Virus record (IMG/VR): IMGVR_UViG_3300038701_001169
Span: 1 to 64,000 of that record
Direction: 5' to 3' (one strand)
DNA length: 64,000 nucleotides
Origin: a virus
Both the position numbers and the translations under genes were made by a program. Under the pieces are notes generated by a model that saw nothing but the letters and a program-made list of their open reading frames with translations, did not search any database and was not told where the DNA came from. Positions 1 to 8,164 of the stretch are shown piece by piece. Every line of letters begins with the position of its first letter. Within the stretch, counting starts at the first letter, position 1.

Positions 1-416
1 TACCGAGAACGCTTCGAGACGAATATGACCACCTAGTCATAAAGAACCCTTATATGCGCCCTAAACGGTCATTTAGTAACTACATAAGTGCCTGGAAATA
101 AGCAAGTTATAAACACGTAAGGCGATACAAGCCCGTGCCCGAAATCATTGAGGGGGTGCGGTGAAAATTTACTCCAAGCGTCCCGCAGATAACTACCATT
201 TTTCTAAAATTTTATGTACATAAACCCCTGACTATGAACTAAATGTTACTGAGCGACATTTAGCAGCCCTAAAAAATATTTTATAAAATTTTTCTAGAAT
301 ATTTACCTACTTCGTTCATGTAACTTATTAAAAATGAACAGTTTACATAAGGTATAAATCATGATATATGTAAAATACTCTAGTACAATAAGTTACGTAT
401 ACCGTAGGCTCTGTCT

Positions 417-438
417 CGCGCGTGCGCACCTGCGCGCG
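417..438. repeat. 22-nt block of G/C-rich alternating sequence (cgcgcgtgcgcacctgcgcgcg) in an AT-rich intergenic region
   Basis: Read directly. It contains the palindrome TGCGCA flanked by GCGCG/CGCGC and lies about 40 nt upstream of promoter-like motif R1. Confidence 0.5.
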
Positions 439-478
439 TAAGTAACTATTTATAAGTAATTTACAGGAAAACCACCTT

Positions 479-502
479 AAAATACACCCTCTATAGGAAT
501 AC
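479..502 (+). promoter_or_regulatory. candidate phage single-subunit RNAP promoter, copy R1
   Basis: AAAATACACCCTCTATAGGAATAC. It is 21/24 identical to the minus-sense copy at 54900-54923. The CCCTC..CTATAGG core resembles T3/T7/SP6 promoters. It sits 24 nt upstream of the first + strand ORF. Confidence 0.5.
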
Positions 503-525
503 TTAACGAAATGTATGAGGTAAAA

Positions 526-609
526 ATGAGCCCTTACACAGAGTATATCATACAAAGAAGCTTAATGACCTATTATTTAGAGGCTCAATATCGTGGATAT
601 ATTTTATGA
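526..609 (+). CDS. 27-aa ORF duplicating the N-terminus of the 838..1275 protein
   Basis: MSPYTEYIIQRSLMTYYL compared with MAPYTEYTIQKSLMSYYL. GAGG lies upstream. Its stop overlaps the next ATG (ATGA). Confidence 0.3.
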   Translation: MSPYTEYIIQRSLMTYYLEAQYRGYIL

Positions 610-854
610 AGAAACTCACTCATGAATACGTGAAAGGCGAGTTCCTAAAACGAAGTTGGGTACTTAGAAGTAAGTACGTAAATTCTCGTACAAAATTAGA
701 CTTCACTTGTGACAAAGGCCATAAACACTCGATTAAGTGGTGTAACTTTAAAGCAGGTACAGGATGTAAGACCTGTTCAGAAATAGATGTAACTAAAGGC
801 CTAGACCATATAACAAACAGACTGAAGGAGATAGTACATGGCTCCTTACACTGA
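606..854 (+). CDS. small Cys/His zinc-ribbon-like protein
   Basis: ORF track. Contains C-x3-H...C-x2-C (FTCDKGHKH...GCKTCSE). It is flanked by about 65-nt direct repeats. Confidence 0.5.
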   Translation: MKKLTHEYVKGEFLKRSWVLRSKYVNSRTKLDFTCDKGHKHSIKWCNFKAGTGCKTCSEIDVTKGLDHITNRLKEIVHGSLH

Positions 855-1275
855 GTACACTATACAGAAGAGCTTAATGAGTTATTACTTAAGCGTGCAA
901 TGTATTGCCGTACCTAACACTAAAGCTCTATGGAAACGACAGGAGTCGGACTTAGTTATTCTAACTCCTTGTAGAGTAGTCCATGAATTCGAGATTAAGC
1001 TTACACGAGCGGATTTCAAATCAGATTTTAAGAAAATATCTAAACACAAAAGATTAACTAATAAAACATGTCCTGTAAATAAGTTCTCATATGTATGTCC
1101 TGAAGGACTGATAACTAAAGACATGATACCACAGTACTCTGGACTTATCTATATCAAGAACAAAGACCTGAAGCCTTACACTATAAAAAAGGCTCCTCAT
1201 CTAAATACTAAACCTCTGTCAGACAAGACTAAGGATAGAATGTTTAGAAGCCTAGCATGGAAATATTGTAAGTAA
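838..1275 (+). CDS. PD-(D/E)XK nuclease-fold protein (MmcB-like)
   Basis: ESDLVIL...VHEFEIK matches a D...ExK signature. Confidence 0.45.
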   Translation: MAPYTEYTIQKSLMSYYLSVQCIAVPNTKALWKRQESDLVILTPCRVVHEFEIKLTRADFKSDFKKISKHKRLTNKTCPVNKFSYVCPEGLITKDMIPQYSGLIYIKNKDLKPYTIKKAPHLNTKPLSDKTKDRMFRSLAWKYCK

Positions 1276-1586
1276 TGCCTGGTAAGAAAATTAAGAACAG
1301 AGGACATACTCAGCTCTTTACCCCCGAAGGAAAACCCAGGAAGAGTAATAACAGATATGTATGGGTGAACCGTAAAGGTAAGAAGATCTATAAGTTACCT
1401 AATAAGCAAAGGAAGAAAGACCTTAAAGAGCTTATGGGAGAGGTGAGAAGGAAGTACGGAATAACAGACCAGTACCAAGCATGTTTAATCATCGCTAACG
1501 ACCCTAAAGTCAATTTGACCAAAAAGGAGCGTATAGAGATCATGAAGTACTTACAAACTACGGGGATAGACAATGCCAGAGAATAA
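1275..1586 (+). CDS. hypothetical basic protein
   Basis: ORF track. Its start overlaps the upstream stop (TAATG), and it is K/R-rich. Confidence 0.5.
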   Translation: MPGKKIKNRGHTQLFTPEGKPRKSNNRYVWVNRKGKKIYKLPNKQRKKDLKELMGEVRRKYGITDQYQACLIIANDPKVNLTKKERIEIMKYLQTTGIDNARE

Positions 1587-1872
1587 ATTAACTATCCGGC
1601 AGCAGTTAGCGCGTATTGAAAAAAGCGTGAGCCTAACCGGAGCCCTCGAAACTATCCGAAAGAAAGAAGGTCTGAAAGAGGTACTTAGTCCTAATGAATT
1701 CCTTATCAAGACTTATATGGACGAGGAGATAGATATAGAGACTAGAATCAAAGCCGCTCAAGCAGCTAAGAAAGACAACAAAGAGAAAGATACTTCTCCA
1801 GGTGTCACGGTAAACGTGAATAACTCATCTGAAAGTCAACCACCAGTAACCTTCGACTTAGAGGATATGTAA
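1573..1872 (+). CDS. hypothetical protein (its position would allow a small terminase; unproven)
   Basis: ORF track. It overlaps both neighbours in a coupled arrangement. Confidence 0.45.
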   Translation: MPENKLTIRQQLARIEKSVSLTGALETIRKKEGLKEVLSPNEFLIKTYMDEEIDIETRIKAAQAAKKDNKEKDTSPGVTVNVNNSSESQPPVTFDLEDM

Positions 1873-2162
1873 TGGATATAAAGCACCCTGAGTACATGAA
1901 GGGTAACACAGCTCAGCAATGGATGTGGTATAGACGCAAAGGCGTCAAAGACTGGATCACGAAAGGCATAGTGTATATCGATACAGACGAACAAGGCAAG
2001 TACAAGGACTATGAAATCAAACAAGCATTTGAATTCCATGTACAAGAGGACCAGCTAGTTTGTTTAAGACACCCGAACTGTATGAAGAACGAAGCAGTTT
2101 TCATGACAAAAGTTCGTCGCGAATTAGAGAGCATTCATTACAACTTACAAGAGAGATATTAA
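1872..2162 (+). CDS. hypothetical protein
   Basis: ORF track, with an ATGA-type overlap with the upstream gene. Confidence 0.5.
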   Translation: MDIKHPEYMKGNTAQQWMWYRRKGVKDWITKGIVYIDTDEQGKYKDYEIKQAFEFHVQEDQLVCLRHPNCMKNEAVFMTKVRRELESIHYNLQERY

Positions 2163-2260
2163 CATGTACTGGACTCAGTTGATACTTGAAGTTGTCTATA
2201 TTTTTATAAGTACATAATACAAGAGCAATCACACTGAACTCTATAAAAGCTGTGTCCCAA

Positions 2261-2333
2261 GCAGAAGTAACTCAACTGGCAGAGTATCTGATTTCCAATC
2301 AGAGAGTTGCAGGCTCGAATCCTGTCTTCTGCA
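2261..2333 (+). tRNA. tRNA-Gly (anticodon UCC)
   Basis: Hand fold: acceptor GCAGAAG/CTTCTGC, D arm ACTC-AACTGGCA-GAGT, anticodon arm TCTGA-TTTCCAA-TCAGA, T arm GCAGG-CTCGAAT-CCTGT. Confidence 0.8.
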
Positions 2334-2493
2334 CTAAGGGACAACGATAGGAAGGGTTGCTCCATCCAACAATACTCCCTAGAGTGAAAATCTCAGGAAC
2401 CCAGTAGATTAAGCACCTACCAGGACTTGAGATTAGTAACTCTAAATTCAACCTACGCCATTCACTACTCGAAAGAGATTCGTTTGGCTTTTC

Positions 2494-2565
2494 GCCTTTT
2501 TAGCTCAGTGGTAGAGCGTCTGCCTTGTAAGCAGAGAGTCCTCGGTTCAAGTCCGAGAAAAGGCT
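2494..2565 (+). tRNA. tRNA-Thr (anticodon UGU)
   Basis: Hand fold: acceptor GCCTTTT/AAAAGGC, D arm GCTC-AGTGGTA-GAGC, anticodon arm TCTGC-CTTGTAA-GCAGA, T arm CTCGG-TTCAAGT-CCGAG. Confidence 0.85.
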
Positions 2566-2574
2566 TTTCACAAA

Positions 2575-2626
2575 CATGTATACAAAAACCCATAAATGTA
2601 TACACATCTATAAAACATGTATACAC
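2575..2626 (+). promoter_or_regulatory. three phased copies of ATGTATACA (palindrome TGTATACA)
   Basis: Copies start at 2576, 2596 and 2617 (20-21 bp spacing), between tRNA-Thr and the TerL start. Confidence 0.45.
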
Positions 2627-2636
2627 AGGAGGTCTT

Positions 2637-4229
2637 ATGGAATTAGGACCTTCTACACTAACGCCCGTAGAAAAATTGTTTGTTAAGTCAGACAATTACC
2701 TATACACAAGGTGGCGTTTCTTCATGATGTACGGTTTTAATTTCGAGAGAAACTGGCATTTCGAGATCATATGCAGAAAACTAGAAGACATATTCTGTGG
2801 TATACAAAAGAAGAATATAGTTATCAATATTCCTCCTGGTTACGGTAAATCTGAAATAATATCCATAGGCATGACTGCTTTTGGAATGGGTCACGATCCG
2901 TCAAGTAAGTTCATCGTCACCAGCTATGTAGTCGAAGTAGCAGAGACATTTACCTCTCAGTCAAAAGATATACTGGAAGAACCTTGGCACTTGGATGTAT
3001 TTCCTTGTGCTATGGACAAGAGTACATCTGCTAAGAAGTTCTTTAAGACAAAGAAAAAAGGAGAGGTGCTGGCTGCTGCGGTTAACTCAAAAGTAACCGG
3101 ACACAGGGCAGGTACAGGTAAACCCGGTTTTACCGGGATGATAATTTCCGACGACCCTTTGAAAGCTTCAGACTCTAACAGTGAACCTAAACTAGCAGAA
3201 GCAACAAGGTTTCAGGACGAGACTCTTGAATCACGTAAGTTCAATGACTCAGTAGTCAAACTTATAGTGATGCAGAGACTATCACAGAAAGATCCTTCAG
3301 GTACAATGCTATCTAAAGGATGGGATCACTTATGCCTACCGGCAATCTTAAATAAAGAACAATTAAAACACTTTTGCGACGAGATAGGAGTCCACTACAA
3401 AGAAACAGACTCCTACAAACAAGGAGATGTAGAGGCAGATGAATTTCCTCTATGGCCTTGGAAACTAAACCTAGAGAAGCATAGATCCGATAGAGGAGAC
3501 TACATCGAAAAAGGTGTAGCCGGCATAGGTAGTTTTGTTTTCTCTGGACAGTACATGCAGAAGCCAAGCCCAGACGGGGGAGGCATTATAAAACTGGACT
3601 GGATCAGACATTACTCTGTACTTCCAGACAACATCCAATACAAGATCATTACAGCAGATACTGCATGGGACGAAAAAACTAGAAACGACTACAACGTTCT
3701 GCAGTGCTGGGGATACACAAGTACAGGAATATATCTGATTGATCAGATAAGAAAGAAATGTCAATTCCCAGAACTAAAAAGAATAGCAAGAACCTTCTAC
3801 CAGAAACACAGACCTAGATACTTCTGTGTAGAGAACAAGCAATCAGGGATAGCACTGTTTCAAGAACTTAGAGCTGAAATGATGCCCGTTAAAAAACTAA
3901 AAGCTCAAACTTGTAAAATAGCGAGAGCTCATGACGCAGCCCCTTGGATAGAGCTTGGATTTGTCTACATACCGGAAAAGAATATGTATCCTTGGGTTCA
4001 GGTACTTTTAGACGAGATAGAGACATTCCCTGTAGGAAATCACGATGACCAAGTAGATACTTTAGTATACGCAGTAAAGAAACTATGTACCGAGAATACT
4101 TTTGAGACTCCCACAGGTCTTGTAGCACCCACTAAAAAAGAACTGGCTGCTGAATTAAGAAAGACCAAACAACCAAACAACCAAAATCAAAAAACAAACC
4201 CGTGGCTTGAAGCTACAGGACTATCATAA
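2637..4229 (+). CDS. terL: terminase large subunit
   Basis: AGGAGG followed by ATG at 2637. Walker A PPGYGKSE, Walker B IISDDP, nuclease motifs ITADTA and HDDQVD. The track ORF start at 2427 runs through tRNA-Thr. Confidence 0.85.
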   Translation: MELGPSTLTPVEKLFVKSDNYLYTRWRFFMMYGFNFERNWHFEIICRKLEDIFCGIQKKNIVINIPPGYGKSEIISIGMTAFGMGHDPSSKFIVTSYVVEVAETFTSQSKDILEEPWHLDVFPCAMDKSTSAKKFFKTKKKGEVLAAAVNSKVTGHRAGTGKPGFTGMIISDDPLKASDSNSEPKLAEATRFQDETLESRKFNDSVVKLIVMQRLSQKDPSGTMLSKGWDHLCLPAILNKEQLKHFCDEIGVHYKETDSYKQGDVEADEFPLWPWKLNLEKHRSDRGDYIEKGVAGIGSFVFSGQYMQKPSPDGGGIIKLDWIRHYSVLPDNIQYKIITADTAWDEKTRNDYNVLQCWGYTSTGIYLIDQIRKKCQFPELKRIARTFYQKHRPRYFCVENKQSGIALFQELRAEMMPVKKLKAQTCKIARAHDAAPWIELGFVYIPEKNMYPWVQVLLDEIETFPVGNHDDQVDTLVYAVKKLCTENTFETPTGLVAPTKKELAAELRKTKQPNNQNQKTNPWLEATGLS

Positions 4230-4238
4230 GGAACAATT

Positions 4239-4676
4239 ATGTCACCCGAAAAACAAGAACTTTTGAAGAAGCTTGAAGAGCGCGGACTGGATAAAAATAA
4301 ATTTAAGAGATTAAGTGTCTCAAAATTAAAGGCAAAGATAGCTGAATTAGACAAAGCTGACGAAGTAGTCGAAGAGCCAAAAGACGAAGTAGTCGAAGAG
4401 CCAGAACTAGACCAGGAACAACTTAGCGAAATGAAAGAAGCTATAGTCGAAGCATGTGAAGAAGTCAAGAAGAACGCCCTTATCAAAAGACACATGGCTT
4501 CAGCTAGGTTTGCAACTCTTTTAGGACTCACACTTAAATCACCTAGACCGGTATGCAGTCACGCTATGCAAATGCATTTCAACAGCATCATGCCTAGGCC
4601 GAACGCCAACAACTTCAACAAAGATATTCATAACTTGTATCAAGACTTCAAGAAATATATCTCCCTTTTAAAATAA
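4239..4676 (+). CDS. hypothetical acidic protein
   Basis: ORF track. E/K-rich N-terminal half. Confidence 0.5.
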   Translation: MSPEKQELLKKLEERGLDKNKFKRLSVSKLKAKIAELDKADEVVEEPKDEVVEEPELDQEQLSEMKEAIVEACEEVKKNALIKRHMASARFATLLGLTLKSPRPVCSHAMQMHFNSIMPRPNANNFNKDIHNLYQDFKKYISLLK

Positions 4677-4695
4677 CCACTGAACGGAGACCTAC

Positions 4696-6255
4696 ATGAT
4701 AAAAGAAATTACCAAGTTCCTTGGAGGTCTCAGGAGAAAAAGAGATACTTCTCCTACAGGAGAAAAACTTCCTCCAACCCCTAAAGGAATACCTGAAGAA
4801 AAAGGAAGTGCAGGACTCAATATGTTCGGGGGACTCGAAAGAAAGAACGAGGACCACCCGGTCGAAGTCAGTGGACTATCAGGAGCCACTAAATTCTTTA
4901 GACAGATGACAAAAGACCCCACTATCGGAGGTTCTTTACAGATGTATACATCGATCTGTCAAATGGCTCAATGGCATGCAGAGTCAGCAACAGACGATAA
5001 AAAACCTGGATGGTCTGACGAAGAAGCGGATAAGAGTAAAATCTTCCTTGAGGAATGTATTAAAGATATGCAAGGAAGTATGAACGACATAGTTAGTCAA
5101 GTACTAGATATGTTAGTTCACGGATTCCACATTACAGTTCCTCAGTTTAAATTTCGTCAGGGACCAGACCAAGAAGACCCTAGACGACGATCCAGATACA
5201 ATGACAATAAAATCGGCTGGAATTACTGGAAGAGTATAGACCCTTATTCTGTGTATAGGTGGGACACACCTCGGGGAGAAGGGTACAGCTTACTAAAAGG
5301 CATTCAGCAACAAACAATATCAGGTTTCTCAGGATATATTGAGAGAGACAGAATGCTCTTGTTTAGAACTACAGCAAAGAACGACTCACCTTCAGGGGAA
5401 TCAGTTCTAGTTTCTGCTGTAGAGCCTTGGGAAGAGAAGAAAAGATCTGCGAATATAGAACTAACCGGCCTAGAGAGGAATCTTGAAGGGATACCTGTAT
5501 TTGATGTACCTGCAGCTTATTTAAGTGAGCACGCTACTGAAGAGCAAAAAGCAATTGTTCAGTACATTAAAAAAGCAGGGACATCCTTAAAATACAATAA
5601 TCAAACTTATATGTTGCGTCCTTCAGACAGGGACGATAACGGACATAGGCTTATAGACTTAGAGCTATTGAGTACTTCGGGAACAACAAGACCTGAAGCA
5701 GCAAGAGCTATTGTAGAAGCTAAAGAAAGACTTATAGCTGAAGCTGTACTCAGTCAGTTCCTAAAACTAGGGTCTAGTTCAGGTAGTTACGCGCTAAGTT
5801 CAGACATGACCGACTTATTTGTACTGGTTCTTAAAACTTATGTAGATCACATCAAAGAAGTCATTAACTCAGAAGCAATTCCCTACCTTTTCAAACTTAA
5901 TAAAATGGACATGCGTTACCTGCCTAGAATGGAGTACTCTGGACTAGAAAAGGATAATGTATCAGAGTGGATGAACTCTTTGTCTCAAGTAGCTAACGCT
6001 AACCTAATAGTCCCTTCTAAAGAAATCCAAGACGAGATCCTAGAAAGACTAGACCTACCTAAAGAAGAAGCAGGTAAGAAATGGGACGAGATAGAGAAAA
6101 TTAGAGATGATCTAGCTGAAAAGTTTTCACAAGCTGAAGAAGGTGCTCAAGCAGTTAAAGGTGCAGGTTCAGGTAAGAACAATGACGCTAACGGATCTGT
6201 AAGCCCTAAAGAAGGTTCTCCAGTACAGTCAATAATTAAGAAACTAACTAAGTAA
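4696..6255 (+). CDS. portal protein (Mu gp29/DUF935-like)
   Basis: 519 aa, immediately after TerL. The N-terminal region resembles DUF935 portals as recalled from memory. Confidence 0.7.
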   Translation: MIKEITKFLGGLRRKRDTSPTGEKLPPTPKGIPEEKGSAGLNMFGGLERKNEDHPVEVSGLSGATKFFRQMTKDPTIGGSLQMYTSICQMAQWHAESATDDKKPGWSDEEADKSKIFLEECIKDMQGSMNDIVSQVLDMLVHGFHITVPQFKFRQGPDQEDPRRRSRYNDNKIGWNYWKSIDPYSVYRWDTPRGEGYSLLKGIQQQTISGFSGYIERDRMLLFRTTAKNDSPSGESVLVSAVEPWEEKKRSANIELTGLERNLEGIPVFDVPAAYLSEHATEEQKAIVQYIKKAGTSLKYNNQTYMLRPSDRDDNGHRLIDLELLSTSGTTRPEAARAIVEAKERLIAEAVLSQFLKLGSSSGSYALSSDMTDLFVLVLKTYVDHIKEVINSEAIPYLFKLNKMDMRYLPRMEYSGLEKDNVSEWMNSLSQVANANLIVPSKEIQDEILERLDLPKEEAGKKWDEIEKIRDDLAEKFSQAEEGAQAVKGAGSGKNNDANGSVSPKEGSPVQSIIKKLTK

Positions 6256-6272
6256 CCACGTAGGAGTGTAAA

Positions 6273-7022
6273 ATGTCCTACGCTTACAGGTACACACTCC
6301 CTGAAAACCTGACTCAGGAACAAAGTCGCAAACTAAATCAGTTAGCCTTAGAGACCGCTAGAGGTGCCAGTGTAGTCCGTACAGGAAAGTTTAGAAGAGG
6401 ATGGAAATCCAGTATATCTAACAATGTATTGACTGTAGAAAACAGTGTAAAATACGCAGTTTACTTAGAGGTAGGTACAAAGTACTCTAGACAGCACAGG
6501 TTTAAGGTCAGAGATGCTCTTAACAGAGTAGGGTTTGACACAGCCAAGCCAGTTATATTAATCGATCAGCCGACAGACTCCACAGGACTTGCAGACACGC
6601 AGTCAAGCAACCAATCCACAGGAGTAGGTGGTCAAGTACCCGGAGGTACTTCAAATATAAAAGGGGCCAATGCACCGGACTCTCTCAACGATCTTCTCAT
6701 AACTAGCGAAGACCCTGTAGATATACTAATCAAACCTGTACCTAAGTTTAACGACGATACAAGGCCGACTATACCCTACAGAATTAGCTCTGTTCAAGAG
6801 GAAGTTGAGGCGTACAGGAAACTACTAGGTTCTAAGGAGCATATGATCAGCTTTGACGAGGTTCTGACCAAGTACAAGAAGTTAATCAAAAAACCTGTCC
6901 CTATTATAGACCTATTCAACAAAACTGCATTAACAATTCTCGTAAGTTCATTGTTGATTCAGTCAAAAACAGAAGAAGAGCAAGATGGAAGAGAAACAGA
7001 TATTCAAGGCGAAGTTCCATGA
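6273..7022 (+). CDS. minor head / HK97 gp10-like morphogenesis protein
   Basis: RTGKFRRGW...NSVKYAVYLEVGT resembles the HK97 gp10 family. It follows the portal. Confidence 0.35.
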   Translation: MSYAYRYTLPENLTQEQSRKLNQLALETARGASVVRTGKFRRGWKSSISNNVLTVENSVKYAVYLEVGTKYSRQHRFKVRDALNRVGFDTAKPVILIDQPTDSTGLADTQSSNQSTGVGGQVPGGTSNIKGANAPDSLNDLLITSEDPVDILIKPVPKFNDDTRPTIPYRISSVQEEVEAYRKLLGSKEHMISFDEVLTKYKKLIKKPVPIIDLFNKTALTILVSSLLIQSKTEEEQDGRETDIQGEVP

Positions 7023-8079
7023 GGAAAAACAAGAGATCCTAGCTCCTGTACTGGTTCCGAACGAGGTGGACTTTGACGGTCACACCTACTCAGAGGAAGA
7101 AGTATCAAAAGCAAAAGAAAACTTCGTTAAATATTGCAACAAAGCAAACCTACAACACAGATACAGCCTAAGTAAAGACCAAGCAGAGTTCACAGAACAC
7201 TACATAACTCCTGCAGACATGACCATTAATGAACAAGTAGTTAAAAAAGGTACTTGGATGGCTAGGATGAGTATAAAATCCAAAGCTTTATGGCAGGCTG
7301 TAAAAGATAAAGTATTTACCGGATTCAGTGTCCAGGGCACTGCACTTCATCAAGCAATAGTGAAAGCCAAAGTAGCCGGAAGGACTGAGACAAAGGCAAA
7401 ATATTCCTTAGCCGATTTTCGTTTCGATAAGGAAGGTATGGACTGTCATATAGGCCTTGTCGATGAAGCGGCAAATGCAACAGAGATTTTGGTCATGAAG
7501 ACCAAGAAGCAGGAAGAACAGACTCCTGTAAATAAAGAAACAGAGCCGGATAAGGGGTCTGTAAAACCTAACAAAAAAACGGAAACTAATATGTCCGAAG
7601 ATAAAAACAAAGAACTAGAGCTAGAAGTTAAAAAATCTAAAGAAGCGCAAGATGCTTTGGAGTTAGAGATCAAGAAAGAAAAAGAAGCTAAAGAACAGCT
7701 GGAACTTCAAGTTAAAAAGTTCAAAGAAGAAAAAGAAGCAGCAGAGAAAGAATCATTTATCTCCAAGGCTAAGGAACTAAAAAACATCGTAAAAGATGAA
7801 GAGGCAGAGGCTCTATTCGTAGTCAAGTCCATGTGTCCAGACCAATACGAGGTAATTTCTAAAGCCTTAGATTCTGCAAACAATATGATCGATAAGATGG
7901 AAGTAGTAGCAGAAGGCAAAGGGTCGTCCGATAAAGGAGCACTTAACGGTACACTTGAAGAAAGAGTAGTAATGAAGGCAAAAGAGCTTCAGAAAAACGA
8001 CTCAAAACTATCAGGCCCGGCTGCAAGAGATAAAGCACGTCAAATCATGCGTAAAGAAGGCACATACACTCAAGACTAA
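6985..8079 (+). CDS. XkdF-like prohead protease fused to a coiled-coil scaffold
   Basis: The N-terminus ILAPVLVPNEVDFDGHTYSEEEV is XkdF/S78-like. The C-terminal half is E/K-rich coiled coil. Confidence 0.6.
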   Translation: MEEKQIFKAKFHEEKQEILAPVLVPNEVDFDGHTYSEEEVSKAKENFVKYCNKANLQHRYSLSKDQAEFTEHYITPADMTINEQVVKKGTWMARMSIKSKALWQAVKDKVFTGFSVQGTALHQAIVKAKVAGRTETKAKYSLADFRFDKEGMDCHIGLVDEAANATEILVMKTKKQEEQTPVNKETEPDKGSVKPNKKTETNMSEDKNKELELEVKKSKEAQDALELEIKKEKEAKEQLELQVKKFKEEKEAAEKESFISKAKELKNIVKDEEAEALFVVKSMCPDQYEVISKALDSANNMIDKMEVVAEGKGSSDKGALNGTLEERVVMKAKELQKNDSKLSGPAARDKARQIMRKEGTYTQD

Positions 8080-8118
8080 ACCACTTGAGCTAGCCTAATA
8101 CCGACTGCCTTCAGTCAA

Positions 8119-8146
8119 ACCAAATAACCAAATAACCAAATAACCA
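8119..8146 (+). repeat. three tandem ACCAAATA units in the capsid-gene leader
   Basis: accaaataaccaaataaccaaataacc read directly, 19 nt upstream of the ATG at 8165. Confidence 0.8.
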
Positions 8147-8164
8147 ACCACCAAAGGACATATT

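Noticed and set aside
343-555. A 70-aa minus-strand ORF lies at the left end.
   Set aside because: It spans the GC block, the R1 promoter-like motif and the start of the + strand stub ORF. Its composition is junk-like and it has no ribosome-binding site.
2427-2636. The track ORF for the terminase starts at 2427 and reads through tRNA-Thr.
   Set aside because: The upstream 70 codons cover a well-folded tRNA gene and the ATGTATACA boxes. An AGGAGG plus ATG at 2637 gives a normal TerL N-terminus.
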